Shown here: in pieces, positions 1-12,570 of the stretch
How positions within the stretch are numbered: the stretch's first letter is position 1
Layout of the letters: the number at the start of each line of letters is the position of its first letter
Origin: Perkinsus chesapeaki ATCC PRA-425
Taxonomy: Eukaryota; Protista; Perkinsozoa
DNA length: 64,000 bases
Direction of reading: 5' to 3'
NCBI GenBank assembly: GCA_013115145.1
Contig: JAAPAO010000083.1
Location: forward strand, 1-64,000
The notes under the pieces: generated by a model
Databases searched by the model: none
The model's input: the letters and a program-made list of their open reading frames with translations, nothing else
Told to the model about the DNA's origin: nothing
Position numbers and translations under genes: made by a program

Positions 1-173
1 GCTGCACGTGTGCAACGCGCTCTAAGGCAGAAATGTCGCGCTCGCCCAAGGGATCGATAATGTGAAGATCTCTCACACCAGGGTTATGTAACTAGCAGGT
101 TGTGTAGTTTCTTTATTTTCCTTGTCCTATTATCGGGACCGTCGACTCTCTTGGTTGACGTTTATCCATATTG

Positions 174-2927
174 ATGACTAATAATAATATTAAACAAAAT
201 CGGCGGCGACACTCGGCAGCCACGAATGTCTCTTCTTCATTCCTGTGTGATTTAAGAAGATTCTTACTATTTCTGTTCTCTTTTACTCTGTTGCTATCGG
301 TAGCTTTACCGAAGGTTACTGCTACGGATTTGTCGACTGGCAGTGTGGGGCTGCCAAGCACCGAGGTGGATGAAACTAAGGTAGAAGCGGGGATTTGGGG
401 GAGGGCAAAGATACTTAATTAGGTTGATAATGAATATGATTGGGATTTGGTTATAGTTATACCAAGTCATATAAGTGAGTTTACTCGAAGATGTGCTGTA
501 AGAGATGGATGGGCAAGACAATTAAAAGGACATGAACAGGTGGTGTTGGTGATGATGGCTGTTGTGATTATCAATTTATAATATTTATTATTAGAGTAAT
601 CGTGCCGGTTTAAGAAGTATTAAACTTGTATTTACTGTTGGTGCACATTATCCAGATGATGATACTAAAAATACAGCATTAGCTGAAATGAAACAATTTG
701 GTAATAAATAATTAACAACCACCACCACATGGACATCGATGATTTATCATCTTTAATAATAGGTGATATGCTTCAACTACCTTTATGGTTCGAAGACCGG
801 TACGATGCTCTTGGCACTAAAGTGAGGTTATCCTTTCAAAAAGCTGTAGATGAGCTGGGAAAGTAGTGATGGGGATTCGAGGGACAGCTAGAGGTGTCAG
901 AAAAATGAGATGTGTTTGGAAGGTTCCGATTGCTACTTAAGGCGGATACTGACAGTTTTGTTCACGTCGACAGACTACTTGACTTCTTTGATCAACACGA
1001 TATGTGGAATAAAGAAAGGGTATATGCGGGATCATTCCGACATGCACCGGTTATGTGGGAACCTGAAAATAAAGATCACAAATGGTAATAATAATATTAA
1101 TAATTAATTTATTATTAAAAGGTTTGATGGTAAATTTACACAAATGACTGGTTTAACACAATATCCCTGGAACGCTCAAGGTAATAATAATAATTAATGA
1201 TAATATATTTATTAATAGGTGGTGGTTACGTTATATCTTATCAACTTGCTAAGTATCTTGCTCATCCACCACTACAACTTAAATCATGGACTCATGAAGA
1301 TGTTGGTGTTGGTGCATGGTTGATGTCTGTAGAGTAACAAGAACAACAACCCCCTCAGCACCATTAAATATTACCTTATTTTCAGCCACGAGCGTATCGA
1401 GATGCCAGTCAGTTACGCCGAGCCCGAATGTGGCTGCGGCGTTGAGTGTTGGTCCGGCCCCAGCATTGCGTACTAACGCTCTCCATTCATGCCCTATTAT
1501 ATTCCTATTTCGCAGGGAGCCTGTTATTGACCACTATGTCCCAGATTATCTTCAACGATGGAGGGAAAGACGGTATGAAATCTTTGGTGATGCCTGTTGG
1601 ACACCAGAGAAGGATAATGTAATGAGATCCTGCGGGGGGGGGGGTTGTAGTTGTTGTGATTCGGTGGAAAGCAGGTATTACCATCGGACTTGTTGATGGG
1701 AGATGATCGAGGTTACTCTCCGAAGGTTATGGGAGTGTTGGGGCATAGGTAGTAATAAAGGGGAATTGGTTCTATATGTGAGGATTGCTCGACATATATG
1801 CAATTTGCAGAAATAAATATATACTATATATAATATAACATTGATAAACATAATATTATTTTCCTATATTTTCGGCGATGTGACAAATCGTCTGAGCTAT
1901 ACCTTTGGTATTACTCATCATTGATACTCTTAACCCGCCCTGCCATCGCCGATCACCAAATTCACGATCTCTGTTATATCTGGGTATTATTTCCCGTAAC
2001 GTTCAAAATTCTGCTTTTTGGACATTTTTCTGTCCTTCGGAATGTGTTTGAAGTCCCTCTGTCAAGGTACTATTTCTCACCCTTGATGGCCTATGGTAAC
2101 GAGGCTCTATTCGATGACCACTCTGACACTCGCTCGGGGGTATGTAATATAGATTTCACCTGGACACCCGCAGAGAAAGGATACCCAAATGAGGCGGCCA
2201 ACAGTACATCTGAAGCCTTCTTGGGGAGTGCTGCGGCAGCGTTTTCGAGGCATACGATTAATGAGTAATAAAATGTCGGAGGGGGTATTCGAACCCGCGT
2301 TGCTCTTTTAGCCCTGGGATGATGGTGTGTCGTGGAAGTGACGGGAATCTTTATGATGAGCTTGAGTGTGCTAAATCGGTGCGGCCGACTTCAACTGTGG
2401 ATGAGGACTGGTTGCCGATGCCAGCGCCGGCGGTCTCCGCATCAGATGTTATGGTGGAGCGGTCGGGTGTGACTGAATCGCAGTGCAAAGAATTGGGAAG
2501 GTACCCGCAGAACGATAAGGAGGCTGTGGCGATAGCTTGGACGGGCAATGATGCTGAGAATCAACGTGGCACGTGCCAGATTTACGGAAAAATCGGTATG
2601 ACTGAAAAAAAGGAAAATGATGGCGTGGTTTATTATCGTAAGGATGCCGCACGTTCGAGACTTCCCACTGAATCTGCTATGGCCGCTGCCCAGCTGCAAC
2701 GAAATCGATTGCACCAGAAATGGCTCGCCACAGCCCTGCGAACGTTAGCAAGCTTGACTGGTGTGATCTGCGCTGCGGCTTTGATGGCATCTATATTGGT
2801 GATGCTCATGCCGAGGGTTGGCAGAGTGTTGCTATGTTGCTCGATGAAACGCAGTCAAAAAGGCGGGCAGATGAAGGAGGGTGATGCCAAGCGAGCTATC
2901 TGGCAGTGGTCGTTGAAGTTGGTGTAG
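174..2927 (+). CDS. GT31 beta-1,3-galactosyltransferase-like, copy 1 (multi-exon; N-terminal hydrophobic leader, C-terminal Cys region and TM)
   Basis: Spliced exons give YDWDLVIVIPSHISEFTRRCAVRDGW, FRLLLKADTDSFVHVDRL (DxD) and GGYVISYQLAKYL...HEDVGVGAWL, which are GT31 motifs. Phase-2 GT-AG introns continue the frame through R|YYFSPL...HSDTRSGVC (~2068-2265) and D|PGMMVCRGSDG... to the stop at 2925-2927. Confidence 0.85.
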
Positions 2928-3794
2928 ATGTATATTAATGAACTCTCGCAAATGATGATCTGTGTATCACCGAATGTTTTACTTCCCGAACTTGGGAACG
3001 GCTATGCAACAACAACCACCGAAAGTAGTGTGTCTTCTCTTACCTCTTTGCTATTATATATATTTCTAGCGCGCCACACAATTAGTTCCTCGCCAGACCG
3101 TACACTGTTTCACAAAAATAGGTGTTGAGAGTTCTTGGGGACATCTCGGAAAATGGTTTTAACAGATTCTGTTATCGAGCTCGTCCGTCCGCCTGAGTTG
3201 GTATGACTGAAGCTGAATTGATATAGTATTTGCTTCTCTGCTGCGATGGATGGCGGGGTGGATAAGGAGCATAGTGGAATGTTGCCAGTGCGGAGGAGAT
3301 TTCATGGAGACGAGCGAGGACCATCTTGACAGAGTGTCCCCGCTGCCCGCTTCGTCTCCGTTGCTCACCGCCCAACGTAGTTTGAGACGGACATGGGCTG
3401 AATCATCAAGGAGTGTATGTGAAGCGCGATGAAGGTTGTGAATTGAGTCGAAGGAATCATTAAGTTCATGTCTTCTGCTACTGTAGGATCAGCTGGTAGC
3501 ACTGGATTCAGCTCACTTCTTTTCGCAACACTTTCATCATCACCGAGGCGGCTCGCTGAAGTTGTATTGGTTTATTCAGCGAGCTTGCAGGTGATCTAGG
3601 GACGACTCCTGAAGTAGTCAAGTGATCCGTGGAGTCAGAAATCATTCTTTCTTTCCATTGTGTCATCGTAGCATTGATATAACAGAGGTTTGCATGCTCT
3701 CAAGTTGGGCAGACATGAGTCTGGGGTTGGATGGCGTCCTTAATATTTCACTTCAGCTTTGATTTAAGCCTCGTGGCCGGCGCCGTCTTCTCCT

Positions 3795-6733
3795 ATGCTA
3801 TCACGACTTGGCCGTTTTATTACTTGCACATCACTACTGGTCTATTTATGTTTGATATCGTACGCTGTTGCGGCTCAGCAGCAGCCCGCAAGGGAAGGCG
3901 ATGCGAGTCTGAAGGAGCAAGAGGCGACGACGAGCGGATATGATTGGGATTTGGTTATAGTTATACCAAGTCATATAAGTGAGTTTACTCGAAGATGTGC
4001 TGTAAGAGATGGATGGGCAAGACAATTAAAAGGGCATGAACAGGTGGTGATGATGGCTGTTGTGATTATTAATTTATAATATTTATTATTAGAGTAATCG
4101 TGCCGGTTTAAGAAGTATTAAACTTGTATTTACTGTTGGTGCACATTATCCAGATGATGATACTAAAAATACAGCATTAGCTGAAATGAAACAATTTGGT
4201 AATAAATAATTAACAACATGGACATCGATGATTTAGCATCTTTAATAATAGGTGATATGATAACACTTCCCTCCGATTTTGTCGACCGTTACGACGCTCT
4301 CGGCACTAAAGTTCGGTTGTCCTTCAAAGAAGCCGTTGACAGGCTCGGAAGGTAAACGCAGCAGCAGCTGTCCCCTTTTGTGTACTCGTGTGCAACTATT
4401 TCGTTTCAAGGTTCCGCTTGCTGCTTAAGGCAGACACGGACAGCTACGTGCATGTGGATAAGTAATATTGTGGCGCGTGACGGAAGAGGTATGGGTGTTT
4501 CAGACTACTCGAGTTCTTCGATCGGCAGCATATGTGGGATGGTGATCCGGTTTATGCGGGATCATTCCGACATGCACCGGTTATGTGGGAACCTGAAAAT
4601 AAAGATCATAAATGGTAATAATAATATTAATAATTAATTTATTATTAAAAGGTTTGATGGTAAATTTACACAAATGACTGGTTTAACACAATATCCCTGG
4701 AACGCTCAAGGTAATAATAATAATTAATAATAATATATTTATTAATAGGTGGTGGTTACGTTATATCTTATCAACTTGCTAAGTATCTTGCTCATCCACC
4801 ACTACAACTTAAATCATGGACTCATGAAGATGTTGGTGTTGGTGCATGGTTGATGGCGCTGGAGTAACAAGAACAACAACCCCCTCAACACTATTAAATA
4901 TTTACAGTTACCGTCGAATCGACATGCCCGTTGGTTTCTCTGCTCCAGAGTGCGACTGCGCTCTTAAATGCATCGACCGCGTCAACGACTTGTAAGGGTG
5001 CTCGCGTCACGCATCGCGCGCTTAAGCTGCTTTCAGAGGCGGTCGAGACCTAGTCATCGATCACTATGTTCCGCCGTATCTTCATCGGATACGTCAACGG
5101 CGGCTGGAGCTCCTCGGCGATGAGTGTTGGATACCACAGGCACCAACAATCACAACAACGGTAAGAACAGATGTAAAACGGGGACAGCAGCAGTGCCGTG
5201 ACAGAAGTCGACGAAGTGCAGGCTTCGACCTTTGATTCGTCAGGTGCCCCCGAAACCTCTGCCAGCGGCCGGCCCAGTAGCTGGTGGAAGTAGAAGTCGA
5301 CAGCAGAGTCACCCTGAGGATGACGTGATCCCTGTTAATAGTAAATGTTACGAGCCTATGTGGCTGGGCGGGGAGGATCTTCAGAACGAGTGGGTTGCTA
5401 AGGCCTCATTATTCGGTACGCTTTTGTCAGGTACGCGTTTTCGCCATTGCAGCTGTCTCCGGACACCAAGGGCCGCCGCAATGCTGGAACGAGATCGACC
5501 TTGCTAGAGGACCATACCGACACTCGCTCGGGAGTTTGCGGGATTCAATTTCACTGGGAGCCGTCGAGTAGCTCATCTTCGTAAGCTGGGGAGGCGCAGC
5601 GAATGACTGTCAGAATTTGCGCTGAAAATTCTGTCGAAAGGAAAATTCGGCCGACATTTCCGAAATTTTCGTCGATTTGCGTAAAACTGTCGCGAGTATC
5701 TTTTCTTGATGTCAGATGCATGGTCTGTCGAGGCTCGGACGGTTACGACTACGATGAGTTCGAATGTGGCGATCCGTCATCGGTTGTGCCTGCGTACATA
5801 AGCTCCATTCAGAAAGCTAACAGTTCCCTTGCTGACGGTGTAAAGATGGATGGTCCAGCTTTCGAGTCCGAGAGCCGCCTCCCAGCATCGGTGTTTTCCT
5901 TGCCTTTGGCGGCAGGCCAATGGCAGCAACTCAGTTCGGTATCAGACTGCACGTCCCCGCCTATTGTTAGGAGAGAGCTTCTATCACTTCCGCAATGTCA
6001 GCATCTCGCATGGTCCGGTCACTACACTGTTCTCAAATGGATACCCAGAGGACCGACGGCCGCCACCATCCTCCGGCAGCAGCAGCGACCGCCCGTCTTG
6101 GCGCTTGGCGATGCTATCCCCGACGCTCAGGCGGGTCGAGCGCCGCCTGAGAGCGCTGATAGCAACCTCGATGACAAGGCCCGCGTTGCCAAGGCCCAGC
6201 TGCCGCCGGCACCGGCCGCAGCTGCGGCGCCCCCGCCAGACGCCTGGGGAGATTGTGTCGTGTACGATCAGTTTACTTGTCATCGAGCCGCTGTTGCCAG
6301 CGAGGATGACGTTTCGGTTGAAACGGTTAAGCTTCCTGGTGGCCTCGGCGAGACTCCGGTCGGCTCTCGGTTGTTGTTCTTTCTGCCCACCCAGGAGTTC
6401 CCGTCACCACCTCCTCTGGAAGATACGTCGAGCCTCGGCATCATTCGCACCATCGGCGATGGGTCGGTTAAGGCGCTGTCGGCGGCCTGGCTGCTCTCCA
6501 TCGGGCTTGTTCGTTTTGTATCATTGATTTTCTTCGTCTTTGTATCCGTTAAGTTGATCGCCTTCCTTCTGCGTCGTTGTAGCGGGAGTAACTCATCAAC
6601 ACTTGTCCGCGGGCGCAGTCGCTCCGAGTCGGGAGCAGCTGGCAGCCCCGGGTCGAAACTATTTATGATTAAAAAGCTCGCATGGAAATTGTTCCGAGAT
6701 TGTCACCCGGCCAACGCCAGCTTCAACGTTTAG
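3795..6733 (+). CDS. GT31 galactosyltransferase-like, copy 2
   Basis: Signal-peptide-like MLSRLGRFITCTSLLVYLCLISYAVAA, then the same GT31 exons (LLKADTDSYVHVD, HEDVGVGAWL). The frame continues via YAFSPL...HTDTRSGVCGIQF and MVCRGSDGYDYDEFEC to a TM segment (AWLLSIGLVRFVSLIFFVFVSVKLIAFLL). Confidence 0.85.
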
Positions 6734-6898
6734 CGTTTAGGCAAAGTGGGCATCTCGTTCGCTTCCTGTACAGTGTTGTTTCTATTATATCATTTATCCA
6801 ACTATCCCTCTTGGTTACTTAAGACAGACTACTACTCCTCCTCTGCAGCCTCATCCGGACTTGCGTTCAATTGCCGATGTCTTCTCATTATATCAGTT

Positions 6899-9800
6899 AT
6901 GGTTGTACCAATCAAGCCGCTTCGGCGGTTGTTAAGCATGAGCAGCTCTCAAGATTACAGCAGTTTTACGCCGCCCGACCATCGTGGCCGAGGTTTGACC
7001 ACGGCGGTTGGCAGCAAGCGCAGCCGCAGCCATAGGCGGCATCCAGTCTCCTTCATCATCATTGCGGCCATCTTGATGATCACAGCCATCATTCCCGGTG
7101 TATCGGGATCGACGCAAATACTTGGTACTGACCTGTCCCCGAGCCACCGTCCCTTGCCAGCCTCGCCAACAACAGAGAAAGGAAGTCTGAGGAGGTCCGA
7201 GACTAACGCCTCGACACTTACTGACGAGCAGGTCAGCACCATTTTGCCCTCCACCATTCCGAGATATCTTTGCTCAGGCCGCCTCCTCCATGTTGCCGAA
7301 TCTAGAGCCGACCTATCCCCCTGACGAGCAGTTCGATTGGGACCTCGTTATCGTCGTACCGACACACATTTCCGAGTTCTCTCGTCGATGTGCCGTACGT
7401 GATAGTTGGGGCCGCCAGTTGCGTGGCCATGAGCAGGTACGCACCGATCATAGGCCATACTCATTAAATATAATTATACTACCCTGGAATTTTACAATTC
7501 ATAGATTCGTACAATATGAGATCTAGTGCTGATTTATGCCGATAATTAACTTTTAATACCTTGCCAATACCATCTGCGAATCATGACTACCATTGATCAC
7601 CTTCATTTTCTATTCACTATTTTTATAATATAAATAATCATAAAGTAATCAGTATCACACTTCAGCCCTCCTTTCCATTTCAACATTAGAAACCACGCCA
7701 ACATTCATTTCAGGGCAACCGACAAGGCAAGAGGACAGTAAAGCTTGTCTTCATTATCGGAGCCCACGCCCCCGATGACCGCACCCGCGCCATGGCCTTA
7801 GCTGAGGAACGCCAGTTTGGTGAGATCGACTAATCTGCCGGACTAGTTCTTCCTCAGGTGACATTCACGTCCTGCCATCTGATTTTGTTGATGAGTATCG
7901 CTCCTTGGCTACAAAGACCCGTCTGTCGATGCGGGATGCAGTACACAATATCGGAAAGTATCATACCGACTTTTCCTCAACTCTTCGTTTAATTACCGTC
8001 TTCAGATTCCGACTGCTCCTCAAGACTGATACCGACAGTTTCGTCCATCTCGAGCGGTACTCCAGTCCTATCGATTATCGGTACTTTCTCCGTCCAGGCT
8101 ACTGGCGTTCATCGACAAAGAAGGAATGTGGAACGATCGTCGCGTTTACGCTGGTGCCTTCAGAACAGATGTTGTCGAATGGCGTCAAGAAGATAAAGGC
8201 TCCAAATGGTATCTTCCAGGCAGGCCGTCAAGTTGAGCTCAAAAATATCTTTCAGGTGGGATGGAGATTTCAAGAAGATGACTGGCCTAGAAAGATACCC
8301 CTACAACGCAAAGGGTGAGCTTCGTTTCCCACCGTTATTATAATTCCTATCACACCGAATCGGACCCAGCTGGCTGCGCATGCGTACACTTCCTGTGTCG
8401 CGAGCTTGTGCAATTAAGTCTATCAACCTCTGCTGTTGTTGCATCCCTCTAGTAGACGGCGTCGTCTATTTCTGTGTCAGGTGCCGGTTATATTGTATCA
8501 TACGATCTCGCTAAGTATCTGGCCGATCCTCCATTGCCTCTGAGAAGATGGACGCATGAGGATGTTGGTGTTGGGTCATGGTTGATGGCCATCGAGTAGG
8601 AAGGTTTGAGACGTCCCTAGTTGAAATGACACCAACGGCCGAGAGAAATCTCCACGAATATCCTCCAGATTATCTTGGGCAACGGCCATACAAGAATCGG
8701 AAATCAACTCACTTACCTACGCCCGCCCGGGAGCTACTCCACCCCCAGCGGCCTCCCGAGGAATCTTTCCTAGTGCGCACTCGACCAATTTGTTCACATC
8801 GTTATCGGAAAAACTGCGATGGTGCAACAGAATGACTCCGCAATCGGCGCAGATTCACCCTACCATCAAACCGTCCGGCGGAAAGTTCCTCCACGACGGT
8901 TTCGTAAACTCGACGTGACTCGAGCTGTCATCTTTATATTATCAAAGATATCAATTCTTCTCCCAGCAACGTGATCATATCTTCTCATGTTAGTCACCGT
9001 CGAGTGTCGATGCCCATCTCCTTCATGACGCCCGAGTGCGGTTGTGGGGCTACCTGTGATGAGGATACCTTTTATCAAGATGACGATGACGATATTCTTC
9101 GCAAAGAGTAAGGTCGGCTCTTCGTCGAATATCCAGTTCGTCTTGCTCAGACCTGTGGTGATTGACCACTACGTCCCAGAGTATCTTCAGCGTTGGCGGC
9201 AGAGACGGTATGAGCTGATCGGAGACGCTTGCTGGGCGTCTTCGGAAACCAGTCCGGAAGCCTTACCAAGAGACATCATCGAAGTTGATGACTCTCATAA
9301 CGAGGCCTTTACCACTGGGATGATGGGCTATACGTAAGTAAAGGAGTTATTGGAGAACATGTTCTCGAATGGCATGTAGTTCGTGGGTACGAGTTCCTAT
9401 CTTTTCTATTACACATTTTTTAACAGGGTTTCTATTGTCTCTCCTCAGCACTAGGAATATCTTTTAGGTCGCGCGGAACGTACTTTAGTGAATCCCTATA
9501 CGTGAAGGAAGATATACAGTAGATAGGCATGAAACGGTTGATCGATTTAGTGTCATGTTTTTGAATCTCACTGTAGTGCTCATGTTTAAAATTTCACTTC
9601 CCAGCACTCGATATTAAGTGAGAAATCGTAAAAATAGGAATTATTCTATTTTATTGCGTCGGGCTGTTGTATTGAATATGATGGCAAATGGCAGTGTGGG
9701 AAAATATGCACGTAGCTGACTACATCTCTAGTCGACCTTGAGAAAAATTTGAGGAAAATATGGAAAATACCGAACAGCCAAAAACACGCTTTTTGACCAT

Positions 9801-11940
9801 AAGTGGAATGGTGAAGAAATCCAGCACACAAGTCATACCCATTGGTCGAGGAAGTCGAACAGATATCCCGACACTGTTGCACATTTCAGTGTGATTGCTG
9901 CTCTGTCTCTGTTACGAAGATTTATCTTTAAGTTGAATTAAGCCGATTATATCAATTGTTAAAAATCAATGAAAAATTAACGTGCTCGGCAACAGTGGGA
10001 ATATTTCGCGGCTGACAGGAATTGGGAAGCTAAATGGAATATTGAAAATACGACATGACTTGTAGGATTCTTATTCAGTATTAAAAAAACTAAGATCTAT
10101 TCTGCGGTTCCAGATACCGCTTTCACCCCCTGGGAGCCTATGGCTACCCCCTCCTACCCGACCACACCGACACAAGGTCGGGTGTATGCCAGCTCTCGTT
10201 CCAATGGGAATGGGATAAGACTGGCGAAGATGAGTCACCAAGCCCTACAGTTAGTAGTCGGCTGAGAGCGAGTCAAAGTGATGAAGCCAGCAATAAAAAA
10301 CAAAGGTAAATGTGTGCGGTGTGTTGAAGCGTTATGAGTATTTGTTACGCTGAGTCATGATTATAACCGAACCCCCCTGCAAAATATTCAGGGCGGGCGA
10401 AAACACATCACTGGTGTGACTACTCTATTTCGTATATTATAGTTAGTAAACTTACAAAGAATCATGAGCCAACACGCAATGTTGAAGATATAATCGAAAG
10501 AATAGGGTATGTTCCATTATTTTGCAGGGGGTCTTTAAAAGTTTTAAAACCCGGCGGGTTTTACTTTAATTTCAATTATTACCATATTAATATTAGTTAT
10601 AATGACTATATCTCCGCACATGTCGATATTTTATAAATCGATCAACCGTTTCATTCCTAAATGTCTCGCTTATGTCTGGTCGCCCTTTGGCCTATTATTG
10701 CCTTTCCAGTACTTTACGGTAGCTAAGCATATTCGGCTCAATTCTTTTAATAATGAGTCGATATTCCCTCCTATAGTCTCACAAACCTCGAGTCTCGCCG
10801 GATGAGAATGCAAATGGTGCGTTTTCATTTGATAGTAAATGTTGCCTTCCCGTGGAACTCCAATCGACTTCGATATGGTCACGGTCCCTCGTCTCCATAG
10901 GGGGGGTCTATAATAGACCTGCGCACCTGTCTTTCATTAACTCGTTGATAGTAGATATACCATCATTTTCTATTAGTATACTTTACCGGTGTATTATATA
11001 TTCCTGTAGTTCTATAGGCATATAATTTTCGCTTCATACTTGGTACAGTTCACGAGTAGCCCAGTCTTGGCAACTTCCCGCCTGATGGAAGGGACGTGAA
11101 ATATGCAGGTCTTCATTGTAAATGAACTAGTGCTGACACTAGTAGGCATGTGCGGTAGCTGCTTCTGCTCATATCAATTTCAATCCATCTCGATCAGCCA
11201 CATTTCGTTCCCTCAGATTTGTAGTCTGCCGAGGTAGTGACGGCAACGAGTATGATGAGTTCGAGTGCACAGCATCTTCGCTATCGGGAGAAGCACACAA
11301 TCACAATCAGGCCGCTGCCGCCTTGGAGACGCCCCTGCAGCTCCAAGATGACTGGGAGCGACTCTCTGAAACCGGTTCTCCCAGTTGCGGACGACTGTTG
11401 GCATCTCGTGATCTTATGACGCTTGCAGAGTGCGAGGAGCTCGGACGTTTTTACACCAACACTTCCGACACGAGTCCCGATGGGCTGTCAGTAATCGAAC
11501 AAGCCAGAGTCCTATCCTCCCCGCTTGATCGTGACTCCCTCGGAGATATTGTGATTGCTTGGACGCCGTCCTCATCGACCAGACGATCTTTGGGCCGGTG
11601 TAGAGTAGTAGACACCAGTTTGTGTGATGGTATCACCAGCAGCGATGGCGAGTCGGTGACACTACCAGGCGATGACAGTCAGATATTCGTGCCATCGACA
11701 CAACCGCTGTCCCCTGCCAGATCAACATGGTCCCTTTCCAGACGGAAGGTCCGCTCTACCGTCTCCGACGTAGCGCCCTCGCGCGCGATAAGCTGGCACG
11801 GGATGGACCCTATAAGCGACAACTGGTTCTGGTTGCTCGTCATCCCCTTGCTGTGTGTGGCGCTTTGTGCTTGCGGCTTCTTCATGCTTCGAAGATTCAA
11901 GCTCAGTGGCGGCAGGATCGCTCGCTATAGGCGAGAGTAG
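6899..11940 (+). CDS. GT31 galactosyltransferase-like, copy 3 (most divergent; two long introns)
   Basis: Exons read FDWDLVIVVPTHISEFSRRCAVRDSW, LLLKTDTDSFVHLE, HEDVGVGSWL and VIDHYVPEYLQRW. Further exons at ~10114-10308 (YRFHPL...HTDTRSGVCQLSF) and ~11217-11940 (VVCRGSDGNEYDEFEC...WFWLLVIPLLCVALCACGFFML). Start codon uncertain (6899 or 6938). Confidence 0.8.
10372..10531. mobile_element. MITE-like insert in a GT31 copy-3 intron
   Basis: Terminal inverted repeats CCCCCTGCAAAATA ... TATTTTGCAGGGGG lie about 160 bp apart. No clear TSD. Confidence 0.4.
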
Positions 11941-12570
11941 TTATGGTTTTATATACTTTTCATCATTATCGTCACCGTAGTGCTCTCACTCCCCCAGTTG
12001 TACATTTTCTGGAGTTCCCTCCAGTCCAGTTCGACCTCCTCTTCTATCTGCTTGTAGGCTGCTGCTCCTCCACTAGTATCATATCGCTCTCGCTTGTATG
12101 CGATTCGTGTTACCTCACTCCTACTTGATGATGGCAGGTAAACATTCCTTCTCTGTAAACTAATAGTGATCCAAATTTCTTACCGTGTCTCCGCCGCACC
12201 TCCGTGAATCTATAGGTTGCTTTTGTTGTCTCTCCGTTTGTTTTCATATTATCTTCGTTGATGTGCTTGAGTGGTGGCTTCCGGCGGAGGCGGTGGCGGC
12301 GGCAAGTTTCCGTCGGTGTATTTAGGCTATCCTATCTGAGGTAGGCTGCCTCTAATACTTGACATTCCCTAACTCCAGTCCCACGGTGTATAGGGCTACT
12401 GAGCCAACGACTCTGAGCCGGCCGCCCCGGCGGCGGCGGAAGGGGACTGGGGCCTTCTTACATTACAGTAGTTCGAAATCACCTCTATCCCAGCTATAAG
12501 CCAGTGGTCTTGTGTTGTTGTTGTTGGCTGGGGGCTGAGGGCTTTGCTATGATGGTCATCAGCTGGTTAA

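Noticed and set aside
2319-2927. MVCRGSDG ORFs (also 5603, 11323, 15310) as stand-alone membrane-protein genes
   Set aside because: Phase-compatible introns link them to the upstream GT31 exons in all four copies, and copies 3 and 4 have no ATG after the acceptor.
3130-3730. Possible small minus-strand gene between GT31 copies 1 and 2
   Set aside because: Only short frames with no motif or consistent splice pattern; cannot be supported.
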